A stretch of DNA of 26,794 bases from Candidatus Poribacteria bacterium. Lineage in GTDB: Bacteria > Poribacteria > WGA-4E > WGA-3G. A model generated the notes under the pieces. It was not told the origin of the DNA. It was given only the letters and a program-made list of their open reading frames with translations, and ran no database searches. The stretch is from contig CBDBFU010000008.1 of NCBI GenBank assembly GCA_965205025.1, forward strand, positions 1 to 26,794, in the 5' to 3' direction. The position numbers and the translations under genes were made by a program. Shown piece after piece: positions 17,026-26,383 of this stretch (its first letter is position 1; every line of letters starts with the position of its first letter).

Positions 17026-17265
17026 TTAATTTCCACGGACGAATTTTACATCAGGTCCACGAGGAGTAATTTTTATATCTGGGTCATCTTCCTGACATTG
17101 AACACAAGTAATGTCTCCAACATTTGCATTTTCCATACGTGGAGCCAACTTACCTAATTTAAAGACAAAACTCATCATTTCGTCAGCAGGTATTTTTCTC
17201 TCACAATTGCGGCATGGAATGGCTTCCCCCTCCTTAAGTTTGGCTAATAATTCTGATGCTTTCAT
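17026..17265 (-). CDS. Small hypothetical protein with two CxxC pairs (putative Zn-binding)
   Basis: AAGGAG RBS; CRNC...CVQC; co-oriented directly upstream of rlmB. Confidence 0.75.
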   Translation of the reverse strand: MKASELLAKLKEGEAIPCRNCERKIPADEMMSFVFKLGKLAPRMENANVGDITCVQCQEDDPDIKITPRGPDVKFVRGN

Positions 17266-17393
17266 GCTACAAAATCTCCTTATACTCTAATACATATAGT
17301 TAATGTATAGTACTCGTTCAAATACATTTATATTCCCACTAATATACTGGAAGTATGACTACATAAGGATAAACATAATATAAAAAGATAGCA

Positions 17394-19262
17394 CTATCCG
17401 AGAAAATATCGTTCTTTCTGTTTTGTCTGTTTATATTCTTCATAAGCTTCTTTCGCACTATCTACATCTGACACTTCTGCTACTGGTACATCCCACCAAG
17501 ATTCATATTGTGGTACGCCAACATCATAATCTACATCAATTGTTACTACCGTGGTAGTTTTTGCATCACGTGCCTTCTGTAAAGCAGATTTTAGGCTTTG
17601 AACTGTAGTCGCTTCTAAGACGTTTGCCCCAAGACTTTTTGCATTTGCAGCTAAATCAACAGGTAAGAAATCTCCATGTAATTCTCCAGATTTTGGATCA
17701 CGATAACGAAATCGCGTTGCAAAGCCTTCAGCACCTGTAGCTTTAGATAAACCACCTATACTACTATGACCGTTGTTATTAATTAGCACTATAATCAGTT
17801 TATAATCTTCTTGAATAGAAGTAATGATCTCTTGTGCTAACATGAGATACGACCCATCTCCTACAAGTACATATACATCCCGCTGAGGATCTGCCATTTT
17901 AATTCCTAAGCCACCTGCAATTTCATACCCCATACAAGAGTATCCATATTCAAGATGGAATTGCTTAGGATTACGAGTTCGCCATAGTTTATGTAAATCT
18001 CCAGGAAGACTACCAGCAGCACAGACAACGACGTCTTCAGGTCTTGAAAAGTCATTGACTACACCAATTACCTCGCTTTGAGCTGGTAAAGGGTGATGGT
18101 TTATACGGTATAAACGTTCTACCTCTTCTTCCCATTCTTCTTTAAAAACAGAAATACGATTTGCATAATCTCTATCAACTTTATAATTCTCTAATGCATC
18201 AATTAATTCTGTCAGAGTTTCTTGAGCATCTGCAACTAAGGGAAGTGCTGAATGTTTAGCTGCATCGAACTCAGCAATATTAATATTAATAAATCGAACG
18301 TCAGGATTTTGGAATGCCGTTTTTGAGGAAGTAGTAAAATCGCTTAATCTTGTACCAATTGCAATCACTAAATCAGCTTCACGTGCAAGAATATTTGCCC
18401 CAGGTGTACCCGTAGCACCTATTGCCCCCAGATTATTGGGATGATCATAGTTAAGTGAACCTTTTCCAGCAAATGTTTCCCCAACTGGTATACCTGTTTT
18501 TTCTACAAACCTTGCTAAATGTTCAGTTGCCTCACTATATATGACACCACCCCCAGCAATTATTAATGGCTGTTTACTATCTGAAATCCATTCCATTGCG
18601 GTTTTTAGTAAAGTCTTGTCTGGCCGTGGTCTTGGAATGGTATACACCCTTTTTTCAAACAATTGTTCTGGATATGAATATGCTTCTGCTTGTACATCTT
18701 GTGGCAATGCCAAAGTTACAGTACCGGTGTCAACTTGAGAAGTGAGTATACGCATTGCCTCCGGTAAAGCAGTAATTATCTGTTCAGGTCTGTTAATGCG
18801 ATCCCAATACCGAGAAATTGGTTTGAAGCAATCATTTACAGAAATATCTTGAGAATTAGGGGATTCTAATTGTTGTAATACAGGTGCTACTAATCGAGTT
18901 GAAAATATATCTCCAGGTAAAAGCAACACAGGCAAACGGTTTATTGTTGCTCCTGCAGCCGCTGTAAGCATGTTAGTTGCCCCGGGACCAATTGATGTAG
19001 TGCAGGCAATAGTACTTAACCGATTACTCATTTTGGCATAAGCAGCAGCAGTATGTACCATGGATTGTTCGTTACGTGTTTGGAAAAACCGGAACGAATC
19101 CGAATATTGGTGTAAAGCCTGTCCTATACCCGCAACATTCCCATGACCAAAAATTCCAAACATACCAGCGAAAAAGGCTGTTTCTTTCCCATCTCTCTCA
19201 ACATATTGCTGGGTGAGATATTGCACAATGGCTTGTCCCATAGTTAGTTTTCGAGTTTTCAT
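17394..19262 (-). CDS. iolD: 3D-(3,5/4)-trihydroxycyclohexane-1,2-dione acylhydrolase (TPP-dependent)
   Basis: GIFGHGNVAGIGQAL, RNEQSMVH, TTSIGPGATNM, AAGSLPGDLHKLW, HLEYGYSCMGYEI, GDGSYLM, WWDVPVAEVS. Confidence 0.96.
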   Translation of the reverse strand: MKTRKLTMGQAIVQYLTQQYVERDGKETAFFAGMFGIFGHGNVAGIGQALHQYSDSFRFFQTRNEQSMVHTAAAYAKMSNRLSTIACTTSIGPGATNMLTAAAGATINRLPVLLLPGDIFSTRLVAPVLQQLESPNSQDISVNDCFKPISRYWDRINRPEQIITALPEAMRILTSQVDTGTVTLALPQDVQAEAYSYPEQLFEKRVYTIPRPRPDKTLLKTAMEWISDSKQPLIIAGGGVIYSEATEHLARFVEKTGIPVGETFAGKGSLNYDHPNNLGAIGATGTPGANILAREADLVIAIGTRLSDFTTSSKTAFQNPDVRFININIAEFDAAKHSALPLVADAQETLTELIDALENYKVDRDYANRISVFKEEWEEEVERLYRINHHPLPAQSEVIGVVNDFSRPEDVVVCAAGSLPGDLHKLWRTRNPKQFHLEYGYSCMGYEIAGGLGIKMADPQRDVYVLVGDGSYLMLAQEIITSIQEDYKLIIVLINNNGHSSIGGLSKATGAEGFATRFRYRDPKSGELHGDFLPVDLAANAKSLGANVLEATTVQSLKSALQKARDAKTTTVVTIDVDYDVGVPQYESWWDVPVAEVSDVDSAKEAYEEYKQTKQKERYFLG

Positions 19263-19295
19263 ATTATTTTTCCTTATATAGTTCTTCTGAGTACA

Positions 19296-20297
19296 TTATA
19301 ATTCTTCTCTTTGTGCAATAAAGGTTTTTACCTCTTCCATAGTAGGCATAAAATTTGCACATCCATGTCGTGTAACAACGATTGCCCCCGTAGCATTACC
19401 GAGTCGTGCTGCTTTTTTCCAATCCCATTCATTCAAGATACCATAGATAAACCCGCTTGCAAAGGCATCTCCTGCTCCGAGGGTATTATAAATTTCAACG
19501 GGATATGGAGGGGCATGAATAACTTCACCAGATTTTAGATGTAATTCTGCCCCATCACTTCCCCGCTTTACAACAAGAGCTTCTGGACCTGATACAAGGA
19601 TGTTGGCGATAGCAGTGTTTAAATCTCCATCAATATTTGGGTTTGAGATTTGAGAGTGTTCAATTGATAAATCAGTGATATTTGAAAGTGATGCAGCTTT
19701 TATTTCTTCTTCAGTGCCAATCGCAATATCTATATTCTGTAAAGTATTCCGAATACTTATTCCGTATGCGCGTGGGTCATGCCATTGATCAGCTCGAAAA
19801 TCTAAGTCCAGAAACACCACACGTTCCAATTCTCTTGCATGTTCAATAGCAAATAAAGTTGCGCTTCGACTCGGCTCTTTGCTAAGACCTGTTCCGGATA
19901 TAAGTATAGCACGACTATTGGCAATAGGAGAGGCAATTACATCATCAATTGTGAGTTCAATATCAGCACAATTATCTCTGTAATATATTAGCGGGAATCG
20001 ATCAGGCGGTTCAATCCCCAGTACAACAGCACTGGTACGGTATCCCTTTTTAGTGACAATATACTGTGTTTCAACACCTTCCTCATTCAAGAACTTGATA
20101 AGGAATTGACCAACTGGATCATCCCCAATTGCTGTTAGCAGTGCAGAATTCAAACCCAGACGGCGTGTGCCAACGCTAATATTTGTAGGACACCCTCCTA
20201 CAAATGCACCGAAACTTGTGATTTCTGGGAATGGACTTCCAACGTCATTAGAGTACAAATCTATGGAACTTCGACCAATTGTGAGAATATCATACAT
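19296..20297 (-). CDS. iolC: 5-dehydro-2-deoxygluconokinase (PfkB family)
   Basis: IGRSSIDLY, VGGCPTNI, LGIEPPDRFPLIYYRDNCAD, LDLDFR, TLGAGDAFASG; adjacent to iolD; no C-terminal aldolase fusion. Confidence 0.93.
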   Translation of the reverse strand: MYDILTIGRSSIDLYSNDVGSPFPEITSFGAFVGGCPTNISVGTRRLGLNSALLTAIGDDPVGQFLIKFLNEEGVETQYIVTKKGYRTSAVVLGIEPPDRFPLIYYRDNCADIELTIDDVIASPIANSRAILISGTGLSKEPSRSATLFAIEHARELERVVFLDLDFRADQWHDPRAYGISIRNTLQNIDIAIGTEEEIKAASLSNITDLSIEHSQISNPNIDGDLNTAIANILVSGPEALVVKRGSDGAELHLKSGEVIHAPPYPVEIYNTLGAGDAFASGFIYGILNEWDWKKAARLGNATGAIVVTRHGCANFMPTMEEVKTFIAQREEL

Positions 20298-20382
20298 ACG
20301 TTATTTTTGTAATTAAATGGGGTTATGCTGATTTGGTTAGGATTAATATGGTTGTTCTTTAGATATGTATACTACGTTTCTA

Positions 20383-20497
20383 ATACCATTTCCATAAATT
20401 ATTGTCTCATTAGGCGGTTTTTATGTTAGTCATTTTTCAGGTCACAAACTGAAAGTTTGTGGTATAAAAAAGAGACATTTTCAATTAGAAATGGTAT
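20383..20497. mobile_element. 115-bp MITE with ATACCATTTC/GAAATGGTAT ends containing a degenerate REP hairpin
   Basis: 10-bp perfect TIR (20383-92 / 20488-97); subterminal TGTCTC/GAGACA; internal CACAAAC-TGAAA-GTTTGTG at 20443-20461. Confidence 0.75.
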
Positions 20498-20547
20498 AAG
20501 ATATAGCTTAAATTGAAAATAAAGAATAATCTCAGTAAGTGATGGAT

Positions 20548-22551
20548 TTATTCTTCATTTGCTTCAATATTCTCTTCCCAAATTATATCCACAAGTTTTT
20601 GGGCTTCTATAACTGCTTTTGTCGGACTTTCCAACTTCTCACCAATTGATAAGATTAACATATAAAAATCATAAGCAGTTTGAAGTTCACCATTGATATG
20701 TGCACTTTCAGCAGCATTGAAATAACAGACAGTGGCAGCAGATTCACATTTTTCAACTTCTATTGTGAGTTGGGCATATTGATAATTATCAGCTGCGAGG
20801 ATGTACGATTTACCTGCTTCAAACCATGCACGCTGCATTTCAAGTTGTCGTGCCAAATGTAGGTAATATGCAGCTCCATTCTTAGCATTCTTTCTTGCCT
20901 CTCTCAGTTTTTTGGCAGCTGCGTAAGCAAATCTTGCCCGAGTATAGCAGTTCGCAACAAGTTCGATTTCGTCTAATCGTACAAAACGTTTTGCACATCT
21001 GTAGTAAAAAGCTCCAAGTCTTTTATATTGTATAATACAACGTTTCATATTGTCTTGTTGTGTATATATTTGTGCTTGTTGATAAATATATGCTGCCTCC
21101 TCTTCATGGGGATACTGTATATCTTCGTGAACTTTATCTAATAGAAATTCCGGTGAAGCTTCTTCAATTAATGCCCGATAATTGTTTGCTGGTTGTACAG
21201 GTGGGATTGAACTATGTTTCTTGTTTAATTCTTCATCTAATAAATCCAATCCAATTTCTGAGTCAGTTTCATCTTGTAATCCAATATCTTCGTGAGTATC
21301 AGAGATAGATATTAGATTGTGAAGTCTATCTTTTTCCGGATCAGACAACTCAGCAATAATGTCTGCAAGTTCTTGGACAGTCAATCCTACTTTCTTAGGA
21401 ACAATTTCACTCATTTCTTTAAATAGAGAATCAGCTTGTTTTACAAGTTCACCATCTTGTAAAGATAGATTGTGCGCTTTATTTATTTCAGTAAGTGTGT
21501 TTTCTAAATCATTATTATGTGCAAATTCAATAGCGTCTGTATAATGTTGTCTGAGTCGTATTTTTAGTCGTTCTCGATTATCTTTTTCGGCTCGATTTCG
21601 TTTTTCAAAGAACAAATTCTGATTGATACGTTCGGCAATATCTATTTCTAATCGGAAGGTATTTCTACATCGTTCAAGTGCGCTGGCTAATTCAGTTTCC
21701 GGTGAATTAGAACTTTGGGCAATGAGAATAGATGCTTGTTGCTCATATTGCCACCGTCGAATACGATCAAGTTCATCATACATCTCAGTTGCTGTCTGGA
21801 ACCTTTTCTCAACATCACGATGTAGTGCTTTCAGTGCAAAATGTCTAAATTCCTCTGGACATTTATCCAGATTTTCTATCTCACCTGAAGCCTTTTTCTT
21901 ATCTATTACATCTGCTTCACCAGAAAAAGGGAATTGTTTTGTTAATGCTTCATACAAAACTAAACCGGTTGCGTATAGATCTGCGCGATAATCATAAGCT
22001 CCATAATGCTGTTCTGGTGCCATATAGCGTCTTGTACCCGTCATAGTTACAGCAAATTCGGTTGAATCTCCAAAAATACGAGCGATACTAAAATCAGCAA
22101 TTTTAGCTCTTTTTGCATTTGTCAGTAGTATATTTTGTGGTTTTATATCTCGATGTAAGATATTTTGTGCATGTGCTGCTTTTAATCCGTTGCAAATATC
22201 AACCCCAATATTTACAACTTCGTTTAGAGTTAATGCCCCCTGTTGAACGAGTTTATGAAGATTCATTCCTTCAATATACTCCATGACTATCCATGCAAGA
22301 CAATTATCACTTCCTGGTTCAACAGTATGAATTGAGACAATATTTGGATGTCCACTGATATTAGACATTGCTTGAAGTTCAGTTAGTAAATACCGGATTC
22401 TGTCTTCAGGATAAGCGTCTTTTGAAAGTGCTTTGATAGCAACAATACGGTTTGTCATTTCTTCGCGGGCGCGAAATACAGACGAAAAACTGCCACCACT
22501 AAGGTATTCAAGTAACCTATATTTTCCTAATATTAATTCGTTTATTCTCAT
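20548..22551 (-). CDS. Soluble Hanks-type Ser/Thr protein kinase with C-terminal TPR/SNAP-like helical repeats
   Basis: VAIK, HPNIV, IVMEYIEG, HRDIKPQNILL, DFS (for DFG), GTRRYMAPE, DLYATG. No TM segment; Ala/Tyr-rich helical C-terminus. Confidence 0.88.
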   Translation of the reverse strand: MRINELILGKYRLLEYLSGGSFSSVFRAREEMTNRIVAIKALSKDAYPEDRIRYLLTELQAMSNISGHPNIVSIHTVEPGSDNCLAWIVMEYIEGMNLHKLVQQGALTLNEVVNIGVDICNGLKAAHAQNILHRDIKPQNILLTNAKRAKIADFSIARIFGDSTEFAVTMTGTRRYMAPEQHYGAYDYRADLYATGLVLYEALTKQFPFSGEADVIDKKKASGEIENLDKCPEEFRHFALKALHRDVEKRFQTATEMYDELDRIRRWQYEQQASILIAQSSNSPETELASALERCRNTFRLEIDIAERINQNLFFEKRNRAEKDNRERLKIRLRQHYTDAIEFAHNNDLENTLTEINKAHNLSLQDGELVKQADSLFKEMSEIVPKKVGLTVQELADIIAELSDPEKDRLHNLISISDTHEDIGLQDETDSEIGLDLLDEELNKKHSSIPPVQPANNYRALIEEASPEFLLDKVHEDIQYPHEEEAAYIYQQAQIYTQQDNMKRCIIQYKRLGAFYYRCAKRFVRLDEIELVANCYTRARFAYAAAKKLREARKNAKNGAAYYLHLARQLEMQRAWFEAGKSYILAADNYQYAQLTIEVEKCESAATVCYFNAAESAHINGELQTAYDFYMLILSIGEKLESPTKAVIEAQKLVDIIWEENIEANEE

Positions 22552-22764
22552 GACTGTATTGTACTAAATTAAGCCTTGTTCGAAAAGATAAATAGGAGAT
22601 TTTGAAACTATTAATGAAATTACCAAAATACATGAGTACTGTCAACGTTAAAGTCTGAAGATAGAATACAGAATTCGTATATGCTATCGTAGACAATACA
22701 ATAATTGTATCTATTAATCGTAATTGGTAAATTAGAGACGTGTTTACAGATTATTATGTTTAAC

Positions 22765-23406
22765 TTATCTGGTAGATTTAACAGCAGATACCAATTCTTT
22801 CGCTCTTTGTGTGAGTTGCTTGAAATCTTCAGATTCTATGATACTATTACTAACAAGTGCACTTCCGACCCCTAAAGCAGCTGAACCCGCCTTGATAAAG
22901 TCAGCTGCATTTTCAATGTTAATACCACCCGTAGGAATGAGTGGAATTTGTGGTAAAGGGGCTTTTATGTCTTTGATATAGGAAGGTCCAACACCACTTG
23001 ATGGAAACACTTTTACATAATCAGCCCCAGATTCCCAGGCATATAGTATTTCTGTGGGTGTGAATGCTCCTGGTATCACAACCTTACCATAGCGATTACA
23101 AGTATCAATCACGTCATTCTTAGTCACAGGACATACAACAAACTCAGCCCCTGCAAGCATAGCTACTCGTGCGGTTTCTGCGTCGAGTACTGACCCAACC
23201 CCAATAAGAACTTCATCTCCTAAATGATTAGATACTTCTGTAATCACACTTAATGCCCCGGGGGTGGTCATCGTAATTTCTATTACATCAACTCCTCCAT
23301 TTTTGATTGCTTCTGCAGTTTTAATCAGTTCATTTGAACTATTCGCGCGAATTATTGCTACTATACCGCTTGACTCAATACGTTGCATCTGTTCAAGTTT
23401 TGTCAT
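22765..23406 (-). CDS. eda: KDPG/KHG aldolase
   Basis: VAIIR, IEITMTTP, IGVGSVLD, GAEFVVCP, PGAFTPTEI, VKVFP, PTGGI. Start at 23406 is favoured by the GAGG RBS (ORF extends to 23418). Confidence 0.92.
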   Translation of the reverse strand: MTKLEQMQRIESSGIVAIIRANSSNELIKTAEAIKNGGVDVIEITMTTPGALSVITEVSNHLGDEVLIGVGSVLDAETARVAMLAGAEFVVCPVTKNDVIDTCNRYGKVVIPGAFTPTEILYAWESGADYVKVFPSSGVGPSYIKDIKAPLPQIPLIPTGGINIENAADFIKAGSAALGVGSALVSNSIIESEDFKQLTQRAKELVSAVKSTR

Positions 23407-23501
23407 AGACTGCCTCATTAATTGTAGTTATAATATCACCTATGAATTATTGTAATTGAAATGTGTATCAATTGCTATAAATAACTATCCATTTCTCAAT
23501 T

Positions 23502-23530
23502 TTGACTTGCTATACAGTCTGAATTATGAT
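23502..23530 (+). promoter_or_regulatory. Sigma-70-type promoter for the CNNM pair
   Basis: TTGACT-N17-TATGAT about 100 nt upstream of the 23634 ATG. Confidence 0.5.
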
Positions 23531-23633
23531 AAGATTTATGTAATTATACAGAATGAATGTAATCATGCTATAAAAATACGACAGAAAAGAGGTAAGATTC
23601 CGGACGTATTTCTATGATCGTCCACAAAAGAGA

Positions 23634-24977
23634 ATGGAAGTTCCACTACTACCTTATCTGATTGGATTGGTAGGTTTACTCTTACTCTCCGGTTTTTTCT
23701 CCGGTTCCGAAACTGCCCTATGTGCCCTATCACGTGTGCAGATTGAGAAGATACGTCTTGCACGGGGAAAATCTTCCGCAATTGTCAATTTCGTAGACAA
23801 TCCACGCCGTTTATTCATTACTGTCCTACTTGGTAACAACTTAGTCAATGTCACTTTTGCAATACTAATACTCCGTCTTGTAAAATTGGTGTTTTCTGAA
23901 TCTTTTCCCACCATCTATCCTTTATTAGCATTATTATTTAGTGTTCTACCCATGCTCATCTTTGGTGAAATGGCGCCGAAAACCTTTGCCATAAAGCATG
24001 CTGAGACATTTGCTAAAATTACTGCTCCTTCTTTATGGGTATTTTCTGTTTTGATCACACCATTACGGGGTTTATTACGTGTAATTATTGATAAACTTGT
24101 CCCAATTTTTGGAGGACAACCTGCACCACCTGAAGAACTAACTACAACAGAATTGCAAGAGTTCCTGAATACCTATCATGAAGATACACTGTCACCTGAT
24201 GAACGTGAAATTGCAAGTAATATTCTTCAATTACGAGATATAGAAGCAAAAGAGATTATGGTTCCAAGAACGGAAGTCATGGCAGTTCCTACAACAACTA
24301 CGATTCAAGAGACAATAACCCAGGCAAAAGAATCGGGTTTTTCGCGTATTCCTGTTTATAGAGAGCAAATTGATGAGATTTGTGGAATATTCCATGTAAA
24401 GGATTTCGTCCCATGGCGGAATGAGAAAATCAGTTCACTTACAATTGATGAGTTTCTTAATTTGCGGGTTAAAAAACCTAATATTACATCGAATGCCCCA
24501 TTACTCCGTGAACCTGTTATTGTACTGGAAACTCGTAAAATAGGTATGTTATTGCTTCAACTAAAAAATGAAAAGACAAAATTTGCTATTCTTTCTGATG
24601 AATATGGTGGGTTTTCAGGAATTGTTACGACTGAAGATATTGTAGAAGAGGTTGTAGGTGATATAGTTGATGAGCATGATAAAGACGATTCACAAAGTGA
24701 ATACATAAAACTTTCGGAAAATCCGTTAGTGATAGAGACTTCAGGACGTATGAGTATACGTGATCTGAATCAATTATTTGAACTTAAGCTCCAAGAAAAT
24801 GACGCAGATACTATTGGTGGTTACGCTGTTGAACTTTATGGACGCTTTCCAGATGTAGGTGAATCCAGCATTGACGAAGGTGGAATAGAATTCGAAATTA
24901 CTGCTACAGAAGGTAATATAATTACAGGCTTAGTAATTCGTGCTCCAATATTTGATGAAACCGAAATAGAACTATAA
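23634..24977 (+). CDS. Hemolysin-family CNNM/CorC protein (DUF21 + 2 CBS + CorC/HlyC)
   Basis: SGFFSGSETAL, LLGNNLVN, IFGEMAPK, IMVPR, GFSRIPVY, DEYGG...TTEDIVEEVVGDI, DTIGG. Confidence 0.93.
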   Translation: MEVPLLPYLIGLVGLLLLSGFFSGSETALCALSRVQIEKIRLARGKSSAIVNFVDNPRRLFITVLLGNNLVNVTFAILILRLVKLVFSESFPTIYPLLALLFSVLPMLIFGEMAPKTFAIKHAETFAKITAPSLWVFSVLITPLRGLLRVIIDKLVPIFGGQPAPPEELTTTELQEFLNTYHEDTLSPDEREIASNILQLRDIEAKEIMVPRTEVMAVPTTTTIQETITQAKESGFSRIPVYREQIDEICGIFHVKDFVPWRNEKISSLTIDEFLNLRVKKPNITSNAPLLREPVIVLETRKIGMLLLQLKNEKTKFAILSDEYGGFSGIVTTEDIVEEVVGDIVDEHDKDDSQSEYIKLSENPLVIETSGRMSIRDLNQLFELKLQENDADTIGGYAVELYGRFPDVGESSIDEGGIEFEITATEGNIITGLVIRAPIFDETEIEL

Positions 24978-24991
24978 CTACGGTCTGAACC

Positions 24992-26326
24992 TTGAAAACA
25001 TTTATAATATCAATACTATTATTTGGGGTAGGCAACTCAACGTCCATAGTAATAATTATTAGTTCTTTTGTATTTGCTGTACTCCTTTGTCTTTTGTTAT
25101 CTGCTTTTTATTCTGGCTCTGAAACGGCTCTTGTATCAGTAAATAAAATTCGCCTTAATGAGTTAGTTGAATCAGATGATTCAAAAGCAAGAATTGTTCA
25201 TAAACTTGTAGAATCTCCGAGTAAGATGTTGGCTCTTACCTTAGTCGGTACAAATCTTGCAAATGTATTGATTTCTCAATTCGGTGATCGATTGACAGGA
25301 TCAATACTTCAGGTGTCAGAAAATCTACAATTCATTATATCTACATCTTATGTGACCATCCTATTACTAATTTTCGGAGAGATTTTACCTAAAACTATCT
25401 TTCGTATACATGCAAATAAACTTGCCTTACGGTATGCCTACCCTTTACGGATTTCAGAATATATATTAGCCCCTCTCATCTACTTTGTACAAACTTTGAC
25501 TAAAGGGATAGTGGCAATCATTGATAGAGGAAATAGCTCTCCGAATATTGATGCCGAACGTGAAGAGTTGCGTCTGCTGGCGACTATGGGTGAACAATCT
25601 GGGAATCTACTTCCTGAACAACGTCAAATGATTCACCGACTCCTCAATTTTCAAAATAGGACAGTTAGACAGGTGATGATACCCCTCGTTGATATTGTGG
25701 CAATTGATAAGAATACGAAATGTGAGGAGTTTTTGAAGGTAGCTGCTGAATCGGGTTTCTCAAGAATACCAGTTTACGATGAACGTGTTTACAATGTTAT
25801 TGGTATTGTGAATTTATTAGATGTCATTTATACAGAGGACCAGTCTGAAACTATTGAACCATTTATACGAAAAGAACTTCATTTAGTTCCTGAATCAAAG
25901 AATATCAATAGCCTACTCAAAGAAATTCAAAGTACTCAACATACGATGGTATTTGCCGTTAATGAATATAGTGGAATTGTAGGACTGGTGACGGTTGAAG
26001 ATCTAATTGAAGAAATTGTTGGAGAGTTTGAAGATGAACGTGATGAACCGGATGATATTCGTCTAATTGCACCGAACATAATTGAATGTGCTGGAAGGAC
26101 TGAAGTTGAATTGTTGGAAGAACATTACGACTTTAAAGTTCCACCAGGAGATTATGTGACAATAGCAGGTTATATACTTGAAGAAACTGGCAGTATCCCC
26201 GAAGCTGGTACTGAATTAGACAATAAAGATATAGTGATAACTATTTTACAAGCAGATTCCCGAGCAATCCGTAAAGTGCAAATTAGGAAACGAATTGGAC
26301 GCTTCAATATCAAAGCAAAAAGTTAA
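24992..26326 (+). CDS. Second hemolysin-family CNNM/CorC protein
   Basis: TTG start; SAFYSGSETAL, LVGTNLAN, IFGEILPK, GFSRIPVY, TVEDLIEEIVGEFEDE, TIAGY. Confidence 0.92.
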   Translation: MKTFIISILLFGVGNSTSIVIIISSFVFAVLLCLLLSAFYSGSETALVSVNKIRLNELVESDDSKARIVHKLVESPSKMLALTLVGTNLANVLISQFGDRLTGSILQVSENLQFIISTSYVTILLLIFGEILPKTIFRIHANKLALRYAYPLRISEYILAPLIYFVQTLTKGIVAIIDRGNSSPNIDAEREELRLLATMGEQSGNLLPEQRQMIHRLLNFQNRTVRQVMIPLVDIVAIDKNTKCEEFLKVAAESGFSRIPVYDERVYNVIGIVNLLDVIYTEDQSETIEPFIRKELHLVPESKNINSLLKEIQSTQHTMVFAVNEYSGIVGLVTVEDLIEEIVGEFEDERDEPDDIRLIAPNIIECAGRTEVELLEEHYDFKVPPGDYVTIAGYILEETGSIPEAGTELDNKDIVITILQADSRAIRKVQIRKRIGRFNIKAKS

Positions 26327-26383
26327 TCAGATATATCTAAATTATTGGTTGTAACATTCCTTTGCTTAGATTTAACAGAAGAG

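Noticed and set aside
6650-20465. Recurring 24-bp hairpin as a CRISPR repeat
   Set aside because: Copies are kilobases apart and in both orientations; there is no spacer periodicity and no cas genes.
384-23914. Many short antisense or out-of-frame ORFs in the track (e.g. 384-632, 9492-9689, 11737-12270, 21623-21991, 23654-23914)
   Set aside because: They are shadows of longer, well-supported genes and have no independent coding signals.
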